Source: Clostridia bacterium
GTDB lineage: Bacteria > Bacillota > Clostridia > Christensenellales > Borkfalkiaceae
Reading direction: 5' to 3'
NCBI GenBank assembly: GCA_017554545.1
Contig: JAFZIB010000039.1
Coordinates: forward strand, 1 to 40,330
Length of the DNA stretch: 40,330 nucleotides
Below the pieces are notes generated by a model. The model had not been told where the DNA came from. It did not search any database and saw nothing but the letters and a program-made list of their open reading frames with translations. Positions 16,840 to 25,800 of the stretch are shown here, piece after piece (within the stretch, counting starts at the first letter, position 1; every line of letters starts with the position of its first letter). The position numbers were made by a program, and so were the translations under genes.

Positions 16840-18498
16840 TTATACTTTTTTGTCGGTTACCGTTTTAGAAGAAACCGCCAAAGTCCTCTCGCATAGACTG
16901 TCGGCTTCTTTTCGGTGAGAAATCATAATAACCGTGCGATTTTCTATCGCTAAAAGATTTTCGATAACGGCGTGCTCGGTCGCCCTATCTAGCGCGCTGG
17001 TCGCCTCGTCTAAAAGCATAATCGGAGCGTTGGATAATACAGCCCTAGCAATAGCAAGTCGCTGAATTTGCCCTTCGCTAAGCCCCGAGCCACCTTCGCC
17101 TAAAATAGTGTTTAAGCCCTCGGGAAGTTGAGAAACGAATTCGTCGGCACAAGCGATTTTTAACGCGCGTTCTATCTGCTCGTCGGTTGCCTTCTCGTTC
17201 ATAAAAATCAAGTTCTCCCTTAGCGAGCCGGAAAAAAGCATATTGCCTTGCGGAACGAAAGTAAAAAGCGAACGGGTATTAACGCCTAACGGAATTTTTT
17301 CTTCGCCGGCATCTAAATACACCTCTCCCTCGAAGTCGTATATACCCAAAAGAATTTTTATTAAAGTGCTTTTGCCAGCGCCCGACCTACCGACGACGGC
17401 TACCGATTGCCCTTTGTTTAGAGTAAAACTTGCGTTTTTAAGAACGCAAACGTCGCCGTATGAAAAGCAAACGTCTTTAGCAACGATACCTTTCATTTTG
17501 TCGTACAATTCTAGCGGATTTTTGCAAACTAGCGCTTCATCCTCTTCAACTTGGTCTATTTCCATAAGTCTTTCAGCCGACGCCAACATAGAGAAATACC
17601 TAGGCGCAACGTTAGATAAAGAGGCAAAGGGAACTTGCACGCTGTTTACTAATTGCAAAATTGCAGACAGGTCGCCGTATCCCAAAACTCCGTTAAAAAT
17701 TTTTACGCCACCGAATATTAATGCGAAAACGTAGCCTGCGCTAAAAATAAAATTATAGGTAGAAACGCCTAAAACCGAATAATTTTTGCGTTTCATTTTA
17801 ATCTTAAAGTTTTCTTCTTGTAAAGAGTTCGCCTTTTCGCTAATTTGCTCGTTGGCGTTAGAAACCTTAACTACGAGCATGTTTTCTATACTCTCTTGCA
17901 TAAAAGCGCGAGTTTTTCCGTCGGTTTCTTGAGCCTTTTTGTGTAAAAACTTAAGTTTTCCACGGAGCAAGCCCATAACCACGAAAACGGCAACGCCCGC
18001 AATTACGAACGCGATTGCAAAAATCCAGTCGATAATTATAAGCGCAACTATCGCGCAAACGAGCCTAGTTACCGAGCCGACTACTTGTGGAAGAATGTCC
18101 GTTACGCCGTCGGAAATAACTTTTACGTCGGAAGTAAGCCTGTTTAACAGTTCTCCGCTATGAAACTCAGTGATTTTATGATATTTCTTTTTAAGAATTT
18201 GACTAAAAAGATGCGTTTTATAGGCAATTTCTAATCTTGCCCTAACCCTTTCGGCAAGGCCGTTTATAATAACGCGAAATAAAAACTGCAAAAGTATAAT
18301 AGCGCCTATAAAAATCGCGCCGTTTATCATTACGTTTACATTTTTTTCCACCGCCCCGTCGATAACGGTCTTTACGGCAAAGGCAAACGCAACGGTTAAA
18401 AAGGAAAAAAAGGTATTCGAAAAGATTAAAGCAACCATATTTGCTCGTTGTCCTTTAGACTTTGCAACTATCCACTTTAATGGTGTCGTCTTTTTCAT
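16840..18498 (-). CDS. ABC exporter, fused permease + ATPase (MsbA/PglK-like half transporter)
   Basis: Six N-terminal TM helices, Walker A GRSGAGKST, signature LSEGQIQRLAIARA and Walker B MLLDEATSALD. Confidence 0.88.
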   Translation of the reverse strand: MKKTTPLKWIVAKSKGQRANMVALIFSNTFFSFLTVAFAFAVKTVIDGAVEKNVNVMINGAIFIGAIILLQFLFRVIINGLAERVRARLEIAYKTHLFSQILKKKYHKITEFHSGELLNRLTSDVKVISDGVTDILPQVVGSVTRLVCAIVALIIIDWIFAIAFVIAGVAVFVVMGLLRGKLKFLHKKAQETDGKTRAFMQESIENMLVVKVSNANEQISEKANSLQEENFKIKMKRKNYSVLGVSTYNFIFSAGYVFALIFGGVKIFNGVLGYGDLSAILQLVNSVQVPFASLSNVAPRYFSMLASAERLMEIDQVEEDEALVCKNPLELYDKMKGIVAKDVCFSYGDVCVLKNASFTLNKGQSVAVVGRSGAGKSTLIKILLGIYDFEGEVYLDAGEEKIPLGVNTRSLFTFVPQGNMLFSGSLRENLIFMNEKATDEQIERALKIACADEFVSQLPEGLNTILGEGGSGLSEGQIQRLAIARAVLSNAPIMLLDEATSALDRATEHAVIENLLAIENRTVIMISHRKEADSLCERTLAVSSKTVTDKKV

Positions 18499-18560
18499 TT
18501 TATCGCCTTTTTTGCCCCGTTTTTAAATATAAATAGACACAATACGCCTATTATTTTAAA

Positions 18561-18589
18561 AGTATAACATATCTGCGCGATTTTGTAAA
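18561..18589 (-). promoter_or_regulatory. Candidate sigma-A promoter for the ABC exporter
   Basis: Minus strand TTTACA (18589-18584), 17 nt, TATACT (18566-18561). Confidence 0.4.
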
Positions 18590-18619
18590 TAGCCATTTTT
18601 TTTATAATTTGTTTTTTAC

Positions 18620-18648
18620 TTGAAATTAATAACTATATAATGTATAAT
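18620..18648 (+). promoter_or_regulatory. Candidate sigma-A promoter overlapping the annotated start of the Wzy_C gene
   Basis: TTGAAA (18620-18625), 17 nt, TATAAT (18643-18648). The -10 lies inside the first codons of the track ORF. Confidence 0.4.
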
Positions 18649-20058
18649 ATTTATATGAAATCGCTCGCTTTAGACAAAAATCGACCTTGCAATATTAATA
18701 AGGCAGGGGCAATCCTAGATAAATTCTTTTATCAAAGCGCATATCCGCTCGTTTTGGGCGCGATTGCCGTTTGCTCTTATATCTTTAAGTTGCAACTTGT
18801 AGGCTTTGGCATCTATTTATTCTTTGCAAGTATATTGCTAGTTAAACAACGCGACGCCACGCCTATTCTTCCTCTGTTAATATTTTTAATGTCTTTATTT
18901 AGCGACGTTTCGGTAACCCGTTCGCCCGTCTTTTATATAATGCTTATAATACCGGCGATTTGCTTAATCTACCACTTTATTAAATTTCCACCCGTGCCCT
19001 TTTGTTTCGGCAACTTGTTTTTACCCCTGCTTGCCGTATCTACGGCTATGTTTTCAGGCGGTTTACTTTCAACCTTTTTATCCGACTACCCGAACGGACT
19101 ACTGTATTCTCTACCGTTAGGCCCGGGGCTACTTATAATCTATTTGTATTTTAACAATTACTTGCGCCCGCCTAAAAACTTCGACATGAAAAAATATATA
19201 TGCTACGTAATGGTAGTTTTAGGGTTAATATGCGCGCTGGAATTTTGCTATCATTTCTACATGGTAAAGTCGGCAACGGATAAAAATATATACTTTAGCG
19301 AGTTAGGTTGGATAAATTCAAACGGTCTTGCAACGCTTATGCTACTTTGCCTACCCTGTTGTTGTTATCTTCTTTCTAAGAGCAAAAATATTACCTTGTG
19401 GTACGCACTAGTTCTTCTTTTGTACGTAATTATTATTTTATCTAGAAGTGACGGCGCGCTTGGAGTTGCAGTATTATTTACTCCCTTTTTAATTTTTATT
19501 AGTTACAAACCACTAAACAAAGCAAACAAACGCTACTTTATAAATTTAACCTTCGTAGCGATTATCGGATTTTGCCTTGCGGGGCTTTATTTAGAATTCA
19601 CGGGTAAACTTGCCGAACTTTTACAAAAATACACTAACAGTAAAACGGTGGATTCGGGCAGAACGCAGTTGTTTAAGAACGCGCTTAACGTGTTTATAGA
19701 AAACCCGATTTTCGGTGGCGGTATGGGTTATTATAACGACGTGTCGTACGAAAGTCACACGATACTTAGAAACTTTAGTTTCCACTCTACCGTGTTTACC
19801 GTGCTAGGTTGTATGGGAGTAGTTGGCGTTTTGGCGTACGTTTATTACTTTTACGCCAGATTTTCTATCATTACCGAAAAAAACACGACCTTTAATAAAC
19901 TTATATTTATAGGTTTTGCAATGTTCGAGGCGTACGGATTAGTAGATACTTGTGAATTTTCGGCTATCCCCCAAATGATAACCTTAACGCTAATAATACT
20001 TATAACCGATATGACCAACTTAAAGGGAGAACGGTTACCCCTTTTGCCTAACGAGTAG
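18640..20058 (+). CDS. O-antigen ligase / Wzy_C-domain polytopic membrane protein
   Basis: At least 10 TM helices. LSRSDGALGVAV lies before a large loop, and a GGGMGYY motif is present, as in the O-antigen ligase/polymerase family. The true start may be the in-frame ATG at 18655. Confidence 0.7.
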   Translation: MYNIYMKSLALDKNRPCNINKAGAILDKFFYQSAYPLVLGAIAVCSYIFKLQLVGFGIYLFFASILLVKQRDATPILPLLIFLMSLFSDVSVTRSPVFYIMLIIPAICLIYHFIKFPPVPFCFGNLFLPLLAVSTAMFSGGLLSTFLSDYPNGLLYSLPLGPGLLIIYLYFNNYLRPPKNFDMKKYICYVMVVLGLICALEFCYHFYMVKSATDKNIYFSELGWINSNGLATLMLLCLPCCCYLLSKSKNITLWYALVLLLYVIIILSRSDGALGVAVLFTPFLIFISYKPLNKANKRYFINLTFVAIIGFCLAGLYLEFTGKLAELLQKYTNSKTVDSGRTQLFKNALNVFIENPIFGGGMGYYNDVSYESHTILRNFSFHSTVFTVLGCMGVVGVLAYVYYFYARFSIITEKNTTFNKLIFIGFAMFEAYGLVDTCEFSAIPQMITLTLIILITDMTNLKGERLPLLPNE

Positions 20059-20075
20059 GTTAAATAAATTATCAA

Positions 20076-20107
20076 ACTCGGCTTTTGCGTCGGGTTTTGT
20101 TTTTTTC
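20076..20107 (+). terminator. Weak rho-independent terminator
   Basis: 7-bp stem ACTCGGC / GTCGGGT with two G-U pairs, followed by TTTTGTTTTTTT. Confidence 0.4.
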
Positions 20108-20268
20108 GTCTAAAAGGCTTAAAGTTTTTAATTTTAGTTCGGTTAATTACTATGAAACGATTTAACGCCTAATTTTTACTCTATTCGCGGTTTATTTTCT
20201 TAAACTAAACCAACGGTGGGTGTACTAAAATAAATTTTAAGGATATAATAAACTCAAGGAGGTTGCCT

Positions 20269-20877
20269 ATGAATCAAGCTAAAATAGGAAAATTTATTGC
20301 CGAAAACAGAAAAAAAATAAACTTAACACAAGCGCAACTAGCAGAAAAACTAAGCATCACCGATAAAGCGGTGTCAAAGTGGGAAAGAGGCGTGGCAATG
20401 CCCGATTCTTCTATTATGCTTGAACTCTGCGGCATCCTTAATATAAGCGTAAACGAATTGTTAGGCGGAGAGAAAATTTCTATGGAAAAAGACGGCGAGC
20501 AAAACGAACGCCTTTTGGTTGAAATGGCTAAAGAAATAGAAATTAAAAACAAAACCATTTGGACTTGTATGTTGACGATTATGACGATAAGTATAACGGC
20601 GTTAATCGCAGGACTGCTTGTCGTGGGCTTTTTAATGCCCGAAGGCGTGTGGCAACTCGTCGCAATCCTTGCTCTTTGCTTGGTATTTTTAGCACCGTGC
20701 TTTTACGCCTTAAAACTTGAAATAAGCGTGGGTTGCTACAAGTGTAAACATTGCGGATACGAAATCGTTCCCACCTACAAGCAAGCGCTTAACGCTATGC
20801 ATATGGGAACTACCCGATATTTAAGATGTCCGAACTGTCATAAAAAAAGTTGGTGCAAAAAAATCGTAAAAAAATAA
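20269..20877 (+). CDS. XRE-family HTH regulator fused to two TM helices and a C-terminal CxxC...CxxC zinc ribbon
   Basis: NLTQAQLAEKLSITDKAVSKWERG HTH, two hydrophobic helices, then CYKCKHCGYE...RCPNCHKKSWC. ATG 20269 has AGGAGG about 9 nt upstream (6-nt spacer TTGCCT after the hexamer); the track's TTG at 20263 is less likely. Confidence 0.8.
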   Translation: MNQAKIGKFIAENRKKINLTQAQLAEKLSITDKAVSKWERGVAMPDSSIMLELCGILNISVNELLGGEKISMEKDGEQNERLLVEMAKEIEIKNKTIWTCMLTIMTISITALIAGLLVVGFLMPEGVWQLVAILALCLVFLAPCFYALKLEISVGCYKCKHCGYEIVPTYKQALNAMHMGTTRYLRCPNCHKKSWCKKIVKK

Positions 20878-20905
20878 CGCTTAAAATAAACATTAACAAT
20901 TAAAA

Positions 20906-20940
20906 AAGGCTAACGAAATTTTCGTTAGCCTTTTATTTTT
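20906..20940. terminator. Bidirectional rho-independent terminator
   Basis: Palindrome AAGGCTAACGAAAA/TTTTCGTTAGCCTT (20906-20933) flanked by an A-run and a T-run, between convergent genes. Confidence 0.8.
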
Positions 20941-20948
20941 TTATTAAA

Positions 20949-22784
20949 TTAAGCCCTGTCGTCTATCTTATAAGTTGGAACTAACTTGTGAATAATCTGT
21001 TTCATTTCGTCCGTTTCCTTATAAGCGTATTCCTTAAGAAGCGCTATGTCGCTAAATAAAGTATTCTCGTCTATATTTAAAGGTCTGCCTATAAATATCA
21101 AGTCGTTATCGGTTTTGCCCATACCTTCTTCTTCCATAAGCATTTCTTCGTAAAGTTTTTCGCCCGGTCTAAGTCCGGTAATTTTTACGTCGATATCCTT
21201 AAAGGGTTCTAGACCGCTTAGTTTTATCATATTAATTGCCAAATCGTAAATTTTGACCGGCTCGCCCATATCCAGCACGAAGATTTCTCCGCCCTTTGCG
21301 TACGCTCCCGCTTGTAATACTAGCGATACTGCCTCCGGTATGGTCATAAAGTATCTAATAATGTCTTTATGCGTTACGGTCACGGGGCCACCCTCCTCTA
21401 TCTGCTTTTTAAATAGAGGTATAACCGAACCGTTAGAGTCTAAAACGTTGCCGAATCTAACCGCAACGTATTCGGTGTTCTCGTAGCGTTTGTTTATGGT
21501 CTGAATAATCATTTCGCAAATACGCTTGGTTGCGCCCATAACGTTGGTGGGATTAACGGCTTTGTCCGAACTGATTAAAATATATTTTTCAGCGCCGTAT
21601 TTACCCGCGAAGTCCGCCACGTTATAAGTTCCGCAAACGTTGTTTTTAACTGCCTCGCAAGGGCTCGTTTCCATTAACGGAACGTGCTTATGCGCTGCGG
21701 CGTGAAAAACTATTTGGGGTTTATATTTTTTGAAAACGTCCTCTACCTTACCCACGTCGCGAACGCTGGCAATTAAGGTTAAAAGCCTTAAATTTGGAAC
21801 TTTTCTAATTAATTCTTGTTCAATAGCGTAGGCGTTATTTTCGTAAATATCTAATATGATAAGGCGTTTTGGATTATGCGCTGCGATTTGTCTGCATAGT
21901 TCGCTACCTATCGAGCCACCGCCACCCGTGACTAAAACGACCTTGTCTTCGATATATCTCATAATCTCGTCGAGATTAACTTTTACCTGTTCTCTACCTA
22001 AAAGGTCGATAGGACTAACTTCCTTAACGTCTTTTACGGTAACTTGTCCTTCGGCAAGTTGATAAATTCCCGGCAACGAAAGAACTTTACAGCCCGTTCT
22101 GTTACACTTTTCGATAATAGCCCTTTGCGTCTTTTTATCGGCGGAGGGAATTGCAATTATAATTTTGTCTATATCGTATTTTTTACAGACTTCTTCCACT
22201 TGGTCGGTATTGCCAACGATAGGAACGTCGTTTATTCTGCAATTTAGTTTATTAACGTCGTCGTCTAGCGCGCAAACGGGCTCCATTTGAGAACCGTACG
22301 CGCTTTTAAGGTCTTTGATTATGGCTTGTCCAGCCCCGCCTGCGCCTATAACTAGCACTCTTTGGAAATGCTTTTGCTCGGCAATTCTTCTGTGTTTTTC
22401 TTCGGCAAAAAAGGCTTGAATTCTATAAACGAACCTTACGCAACCGGTTAGACAGAAGAAAATCAAAGGAGCAACGATTGCCCACTCGAACGCAATCTCC
22501 TCGGATATTAAGCCTATCACTACGGCGTAAACACCGAAAACTACGGCGGATAGCACCACTTTAAGCGCTTCGCTAATGCCGGCAAATTTCCAAATAAGTT
22601 TATACAAACCGCATAGGTAATGCACTAGCACCGTGAGTGCCACCGAACCGATAAAGAAATACCAGTTGTTAAGTATGCAAAGCCTTAAATCGTAGCCTAA
22701 AAGTAAAATGGAAACTATCCAAGATATACCTACTACTACTAAGTCCAAAAAGATAAATAAAAAAATCTTTAACCCCTTATTCAT
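20949..22784 (-). CDS. Membrane-anchored CapD/PglF/EpsC-family nucleotide-sugar 4,6-dehydratase
   Basis: Four N-terminal TM helices and two Rossmann motifs (VLVIGAGGAGQAI, VLVTGGGGSIGSEL), plus MGATKRICE and RFGNVLDSNGSVIP blocks typical of the family. Confidence 0.88.
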   Translation of the reverse strand: MNKGLKIFLFIFLDLVVVGISWIVSILLLGYDLRLCILNNWYFFIGSVALTVLVHYLCGLYKLIWKFAGISEALKVVLSAVVFGVYAVVIGLISEEIAFEWAIVAPLIFFCLTGCVRFVYRIQAFFAEEKHRRIAEQKHFQRVLVIGAGGAGQAIIKDLKSAYGSQMEPVCALDDDVNKLNCRINDVPIVGNTDQVEEVCKKYDIDKIIIAIPSADKKTQRAIIEKCNRTGCKVLSLPGIYQLAEGQVTVKDVKEVSPIDLLGREQVKVNLDEIMRYIEDKVVLVTGGGGSIGSELCRQIAAHNPKRLIILDIYENNAYAIEQELIRKVPNLRLLTLIASVRDVGKVEDVFKKYKPQIVFHAAAHKHVPLMETSPCEAVKNNVCGTYNVADFAGKYGAEKYILISSDKAVNPTNVMGATKRICEMIIQTINKRYENTEYVAVRFGNVLDSNGSVIPLFKKQIEEGGPVTVTHKDIIRYFMTIPEAVSLVLQAGAYAKGGEIFVLDMGEPVKIYDLAINMIKLSGLEPFKDIDVKITGLRPGEKLYEEMLMEEEGMGKTDNDLIFIGRPLNIDENTLFSDIALLKEYAYKETDEMKQIIHKLVPTYKIDDRA

Positions 22785-22804
22785 AAGTTCCTCGCACTAT
22801 ATAA

Positions 22805-24592
22805 CTATATATTTGTAATTGCTAAAAGATTTTCTAGCGTTAAATCCGAATCTATAAATTGTTCTTTAACCGTACCGTGTTTAACGAAGTCGTCCTTAGC
22901 GCCAAGACAAACGATTTTAGCGCCTTCGGGCAATTTGATAAACTGACGAATTAAACTTCCAAATCCACCCTTAATCGCATTTTCTTCTAAGGTTATAATC
23001 ATAGGCGCGGTAAGGCTTTGTAAATCGCCATCTAAAGAATTTACCTTGCGTATCGCCCTAACCTTAACGCTACGCGGACTTGCCTTAGCAAATTCGAGCG
23101 CCAAGTCGAGCATTCTTCCGCCAACGGCTAAAACTTCTACGTCCGTTCCCTCTTTAACTACCAAGTTAGCGTCTTGGCTATATTCTTTAAGTTCAACTTC
23201 GCTACGAGCGCCCTCTTTTGCGTATCTTATCGCCACGGGAGAGTTTAGACTTAACGCGTAATCTAATGCTAATTTTAAATCGTATTCGTTTATAGGACTT
23301 AAAATAGTTAAATTAGGAAGGTGCGACAAAAAACTTAGGTCAAACAAGCCTTGATGCGTTCTTCCGTCCTCACCAACGAACCCAGCCCTATCCAAGCAGA
23401 ACACTACGGGCAAATTCTGCATACATACGTCGTGCATAATTTGGTCGTACGCCCTTTGCATAAAGGTCGAGTATATAGCGACTACCGGTTTAAGCCCACT
23501 CTTTGCCATGCCTGCCGAAAAAGTTACGGCAAATTCTTCGGCAATACCTACGTCTATAAAGTTATTAGGATACTTTTCTTCTACTTGCCAAAGCCCCGTG
23601 CCTTGTTTCATACCCGCCGTAACGGCTAAAATTTTATCGTTTTTTTCAATTTGGGCGCAAAGGCACTCGCCCAACGCCTTACTCATTGAGCCCGAGCCCA
23701 ACGAAAAGTCTTTACCTACGCCGTGATACAGTTCGGCGCTTTCTTCGGCAACCGAAAGCCCCTTGCCTTTAGTCGTGTTAACGTGAACGAACACCGCTTT
23801 GTCTTTAGCGACGTTTTTAACGCGCCTTAAAATATCGGTCATTTGTTCAACGTCGTTTCCGTCAAGCACGCCCACGTACTTAAACCCGAATTTTTCGAAA
23901 TAATTTCCGCCAGATATAAGCCTTTTAGAAAGGTTTCTAACACCACCCAAAATTTTGCCTATAAAGTTTTTACCAAAGAGTTTTTTAGCAAATCTTTTAC
24001 TTTTTACGTAGCCCTTTTGCGTGGTGCTTTTAGAAATCATTTTGTAAAAGCCGTTGCGGTTTTTAGAAATACTCATTCCGTTATCGTTAAGGATAACTAT
24101 TAACTTTTTAGGCTTATTAATGCTAGAAGTTAACGCCTCTAGATTGAGCCCGTTAACGAGCGAGCCGTCGCCAACCACGGCAATAACGTAAAAATCTTGA
24201 CCTAGTCTGTCCCTCGCTTCGCAAACGCCTAAACTTGCCGAAAGAGAAGTTCCGGCGTGCCCCGTAGAAAACGCATCAAAGGGGCTTTCCTCTGCGTCGG
24301 GAAAACCCGAAATACCACCCTTTTGCCTTAGGGTGCAAAACTTATCTTTTCTATCCGAAAGAATTTTATGCGCGTAACATTGATGCCCAACGTCGAATAT
24401 TAATTTATCAACCGAAAAATCAAAAACCTCGTGCAAAGCGACGGTGGTTTCCACCACGCCTAAGTTTGCAGATAAATGCCCACCGTTCGTTTTAGTAACC
24501 TCTAATATTTGACTGCGAGTTTGTTCTACAACTAGGTTTAATCTTTTCGCACGCTCTTTTTTGTTTTCTTTTTGCCTAAATTTCTTACTCAT
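22805..24592 (-). CDS. dxs: 1-deoxy-D-xylulose-5-phosphate synthase
   Basis: GGHLSANLGVVETTVALH, DVGHQCYAHKIL, the GDGSLVNGLNLEAL TPP motif and IAEEFAVTFSAGMA. Confidence 0.93.
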   Translation of the reverse strand: MSKKFRQKENKKERAKRLNLVVEQTRSQILEVTKTNGGHLSANLGVVETTVALHEVFDFSVDKLIFDVGHQCYAHKILSDRKDKFCTLRQKGGISGFPDAEESPFDAFSTGHAGTSLSASLGVCEARDRLGQDFYVIAVVGDGSLVNGLNLEALTSSINKPKKLIVILNDNGMSISKNRNGFYKMISKSTTQKGYVKSKRFAKKLFGKNFIGKILGGVRNLSKRLISGGNYFEKFGFKYVGVLDGNDVEQMTDILRRVKNVAKDKAVFVHVNTTKGKGLSVAEESAELYHGVGKDFSLGSGSMSKALGECLCAQIEKNDKILAVTAGMKQGTGLWQVEEKYPNNFIDVGIAEEFAVTFSAGMAKSGLKPVVAIYSTFMQRAYDQIMHDVCMQNLPVVFCLDRAGFVGEDGRTHQGLFDLSFLSHLPNLTILSPINEYDLKLALDYALSLNSPVAIRYAKEGARSEVELKEYSQDANLVVKEGTDVEVLAVGGRMLDLALEFAKASPRSVKVRAIRKVNSLDGDLQSLTAPMIITLEENAIKGGFGSLIRQFIKLPEGAKIVCLGAKDDFVKHGTVKEQFIDSDLTLENLLAITNI

Positions 24593-24621
24593 TAATCTAC
24601 TCTTTAAAAAACATCACACTT

Positions 24622-24650
24622 TATTATATAACGAATTATCCGCCTTGTCA
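24622..24650 (-). promoter_or_regulatory. Consensus sigma-A promoter for dxs
   Basis: Minus strand TTGACA (24650-24645), 17 nt, TATAAT (24627-24622). Confidence 0.55.
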
Positions 24651-24681
24651 ATGCGGTTTTGTTTATAAAACGGTTAAAAAA

Positions 24682-24723
24682 CGCCAAAAACAAGGGGCTA
24701 ACGACCATCTTTTCGTTACCCCC
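24682..24723 (-). terminator. Rho-independent terminator after the yajC/membrane-protein pair
   Basis: 11-bp stem with one mismatch: GGGGCTAACGA (24694-24704) pairs with TCGTTACCCCC (24713-24723). On the minus strand the hairpin is followed by TTGTTTTTGGCG. Confidence 0.65.
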
Positions 24724-24749
24724 TAACACGCTACTTAATTAAAAACTAT

Positions 24750-25130
24750 TTAATTCTTTTTATTTACTGCAACCACGCCAGATATTGCACCGATTATCAA
24801 ACAGAACGCAACCTCGATAGCTAAGCTAAACGTCGGGTAACTAGTCTTGCTAAACAAAAAGAACAAAAACGCGATTATCAACGCGTAAAGCGCTCCGCTA
24901 ACCGCCCCTTTAACGACGCCTAATCTACCCTTTATAACGAAAAAGCAACCCACGAAAACCGAAACGGTCTTTATAAACTGGTTAACGCTTTTGATTACCG
25001 TTGTAGTTAGTCCGGCGCGCTTAACTATAAAGGCGAAAACGATTACCGAAAGCAAAGTTATTAACACCGATAATATAACGCTTTTAAAAATTAAGACGAA
25101 AAAATTTTTACCCTCTGCATTTTGGCTCAT
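24750..25130 (-). CDS. Small 4-TM membrane protein, TIGR04086/YrzE-like
   Basis: Gly-rich TM pattern (VFVGCFFVIKGRLGVVKGAVSGALYALI, LIIGAISGVVAVN). The position downstream of yajC is common for this family in Firmicutes. Confidence 0.5.
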   Translation of the reverse strand: MSQNAEGKNFFVLIFKSVILSVLITLLSVIVFAFIVKRAGLTTTVIKSVNQFIKTVSVFVGCFFVIKGRLGVVKGAVSGALYALIIAFLFFLFSKTSYPTFSLAIEVAFCLIIGAISGVVAVNKKN

Positions 25131-25187
25131 AAAAAAACCTCCGCATCTATCTAAAAATAGATATGCGAAGGTTAGTTTATTTATTAC

Positions 25188-25661
25188 TTATTCTGCTTTT
25201 TCTTCGGCAGGTTTTTCCTCTTTCTTTTCAGCCTTTTTAGCAGTTTTTTTAGCGGGCTTTTTTTCTGCGGGTTTTTCTTCTACCCTTTCATCCGCCTTTA
25301 CTTCTTCCTTTTCTGCTTTTTGCGCCGCTACTGCAGAACCTTCTGCAGGTGCAGTTTGGTAAATCGCGCCTCTGTCGAACTTAACGTACGACTTCTTGTC
25401 GTTCGTGCCGGTTTCTAAAACGAAAGTGTTTTCTTCTTTGTTGATTTCAACTACAAAACCACATACGCCACCGATAGTCTTAACTCTGTCGCCCTTTTTA
25501 AGAGAGTCAACCATTGCTTGCGCTTCTTTTTGCTTTTTCTTGTTAGAAATGTTAGACCAAATTAAAAAGCCTACCATTAAAACGATTACGCCACCGAATA
25601 AAAGTATCGTTCCTAAAGGATTGCCTCCGTTTGCATCTGCTTCTAATAAATTAAATAACAT
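25188..25661 (-). CDS. yajC: Preprotein translocase subunit YajC with a ~45-aa K/E/A/P-rich C-terminal tail
   Basis: A single TM, then KKQKEAQAMVDSLKKGDRVKTIGGVCGFVVEI (YajC core). The tail is AEKEEVKADERVEEKPAEKKPAKKTAKKAEKKEEKPAEEKAE. Confidence 0.88.
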   Translation of the reverse strand: MLFNLLEADANGGNPLGTILLFGGVIVLMVGFLIWSNISNKKKQKEAQAMVDSLKKGDRVKTIGGVCGFVVEINKEENTFVLETGTNDKKSYVKFDRGAIYQTAPAEGSAVAAQKAEKEEVKADERVEEKPAEKKPAKKTAKKAEKKEEKPAEEKAE

Positions 25662-25689
25662 AATTTTTCTCCTTTTTCTAGTTAAGTAT

Positions 25690-25718
25690 ATTATAAAACA
25701 TTTATTAAATTAAATCAA
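25690..25718 (-). promoter_or_regulatory. Candidate sigma-A promoter for yajC
   Basis: Minus strand TTGATT (25718-25713), 17 nt, TATAAT (25695-25690). Confidence 0.5.
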
Positions 25719-25800
25719 TAAAATATTTAAACTTTCTAACCCTTTTAACCTATTTTACCGTTTAATCCCTTAAAAATTACTTAAAAATCAGATAAATCCC

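Noticed and set aside
25200-25330. A repeat-looking T/C-rich tract that could be taken for a non-coding tandem repeat or an array.
   Set aside because: It is the antisense of the K/E/A-rich tail codons of yajC, in frame with the gene, and not an independent repeat element.
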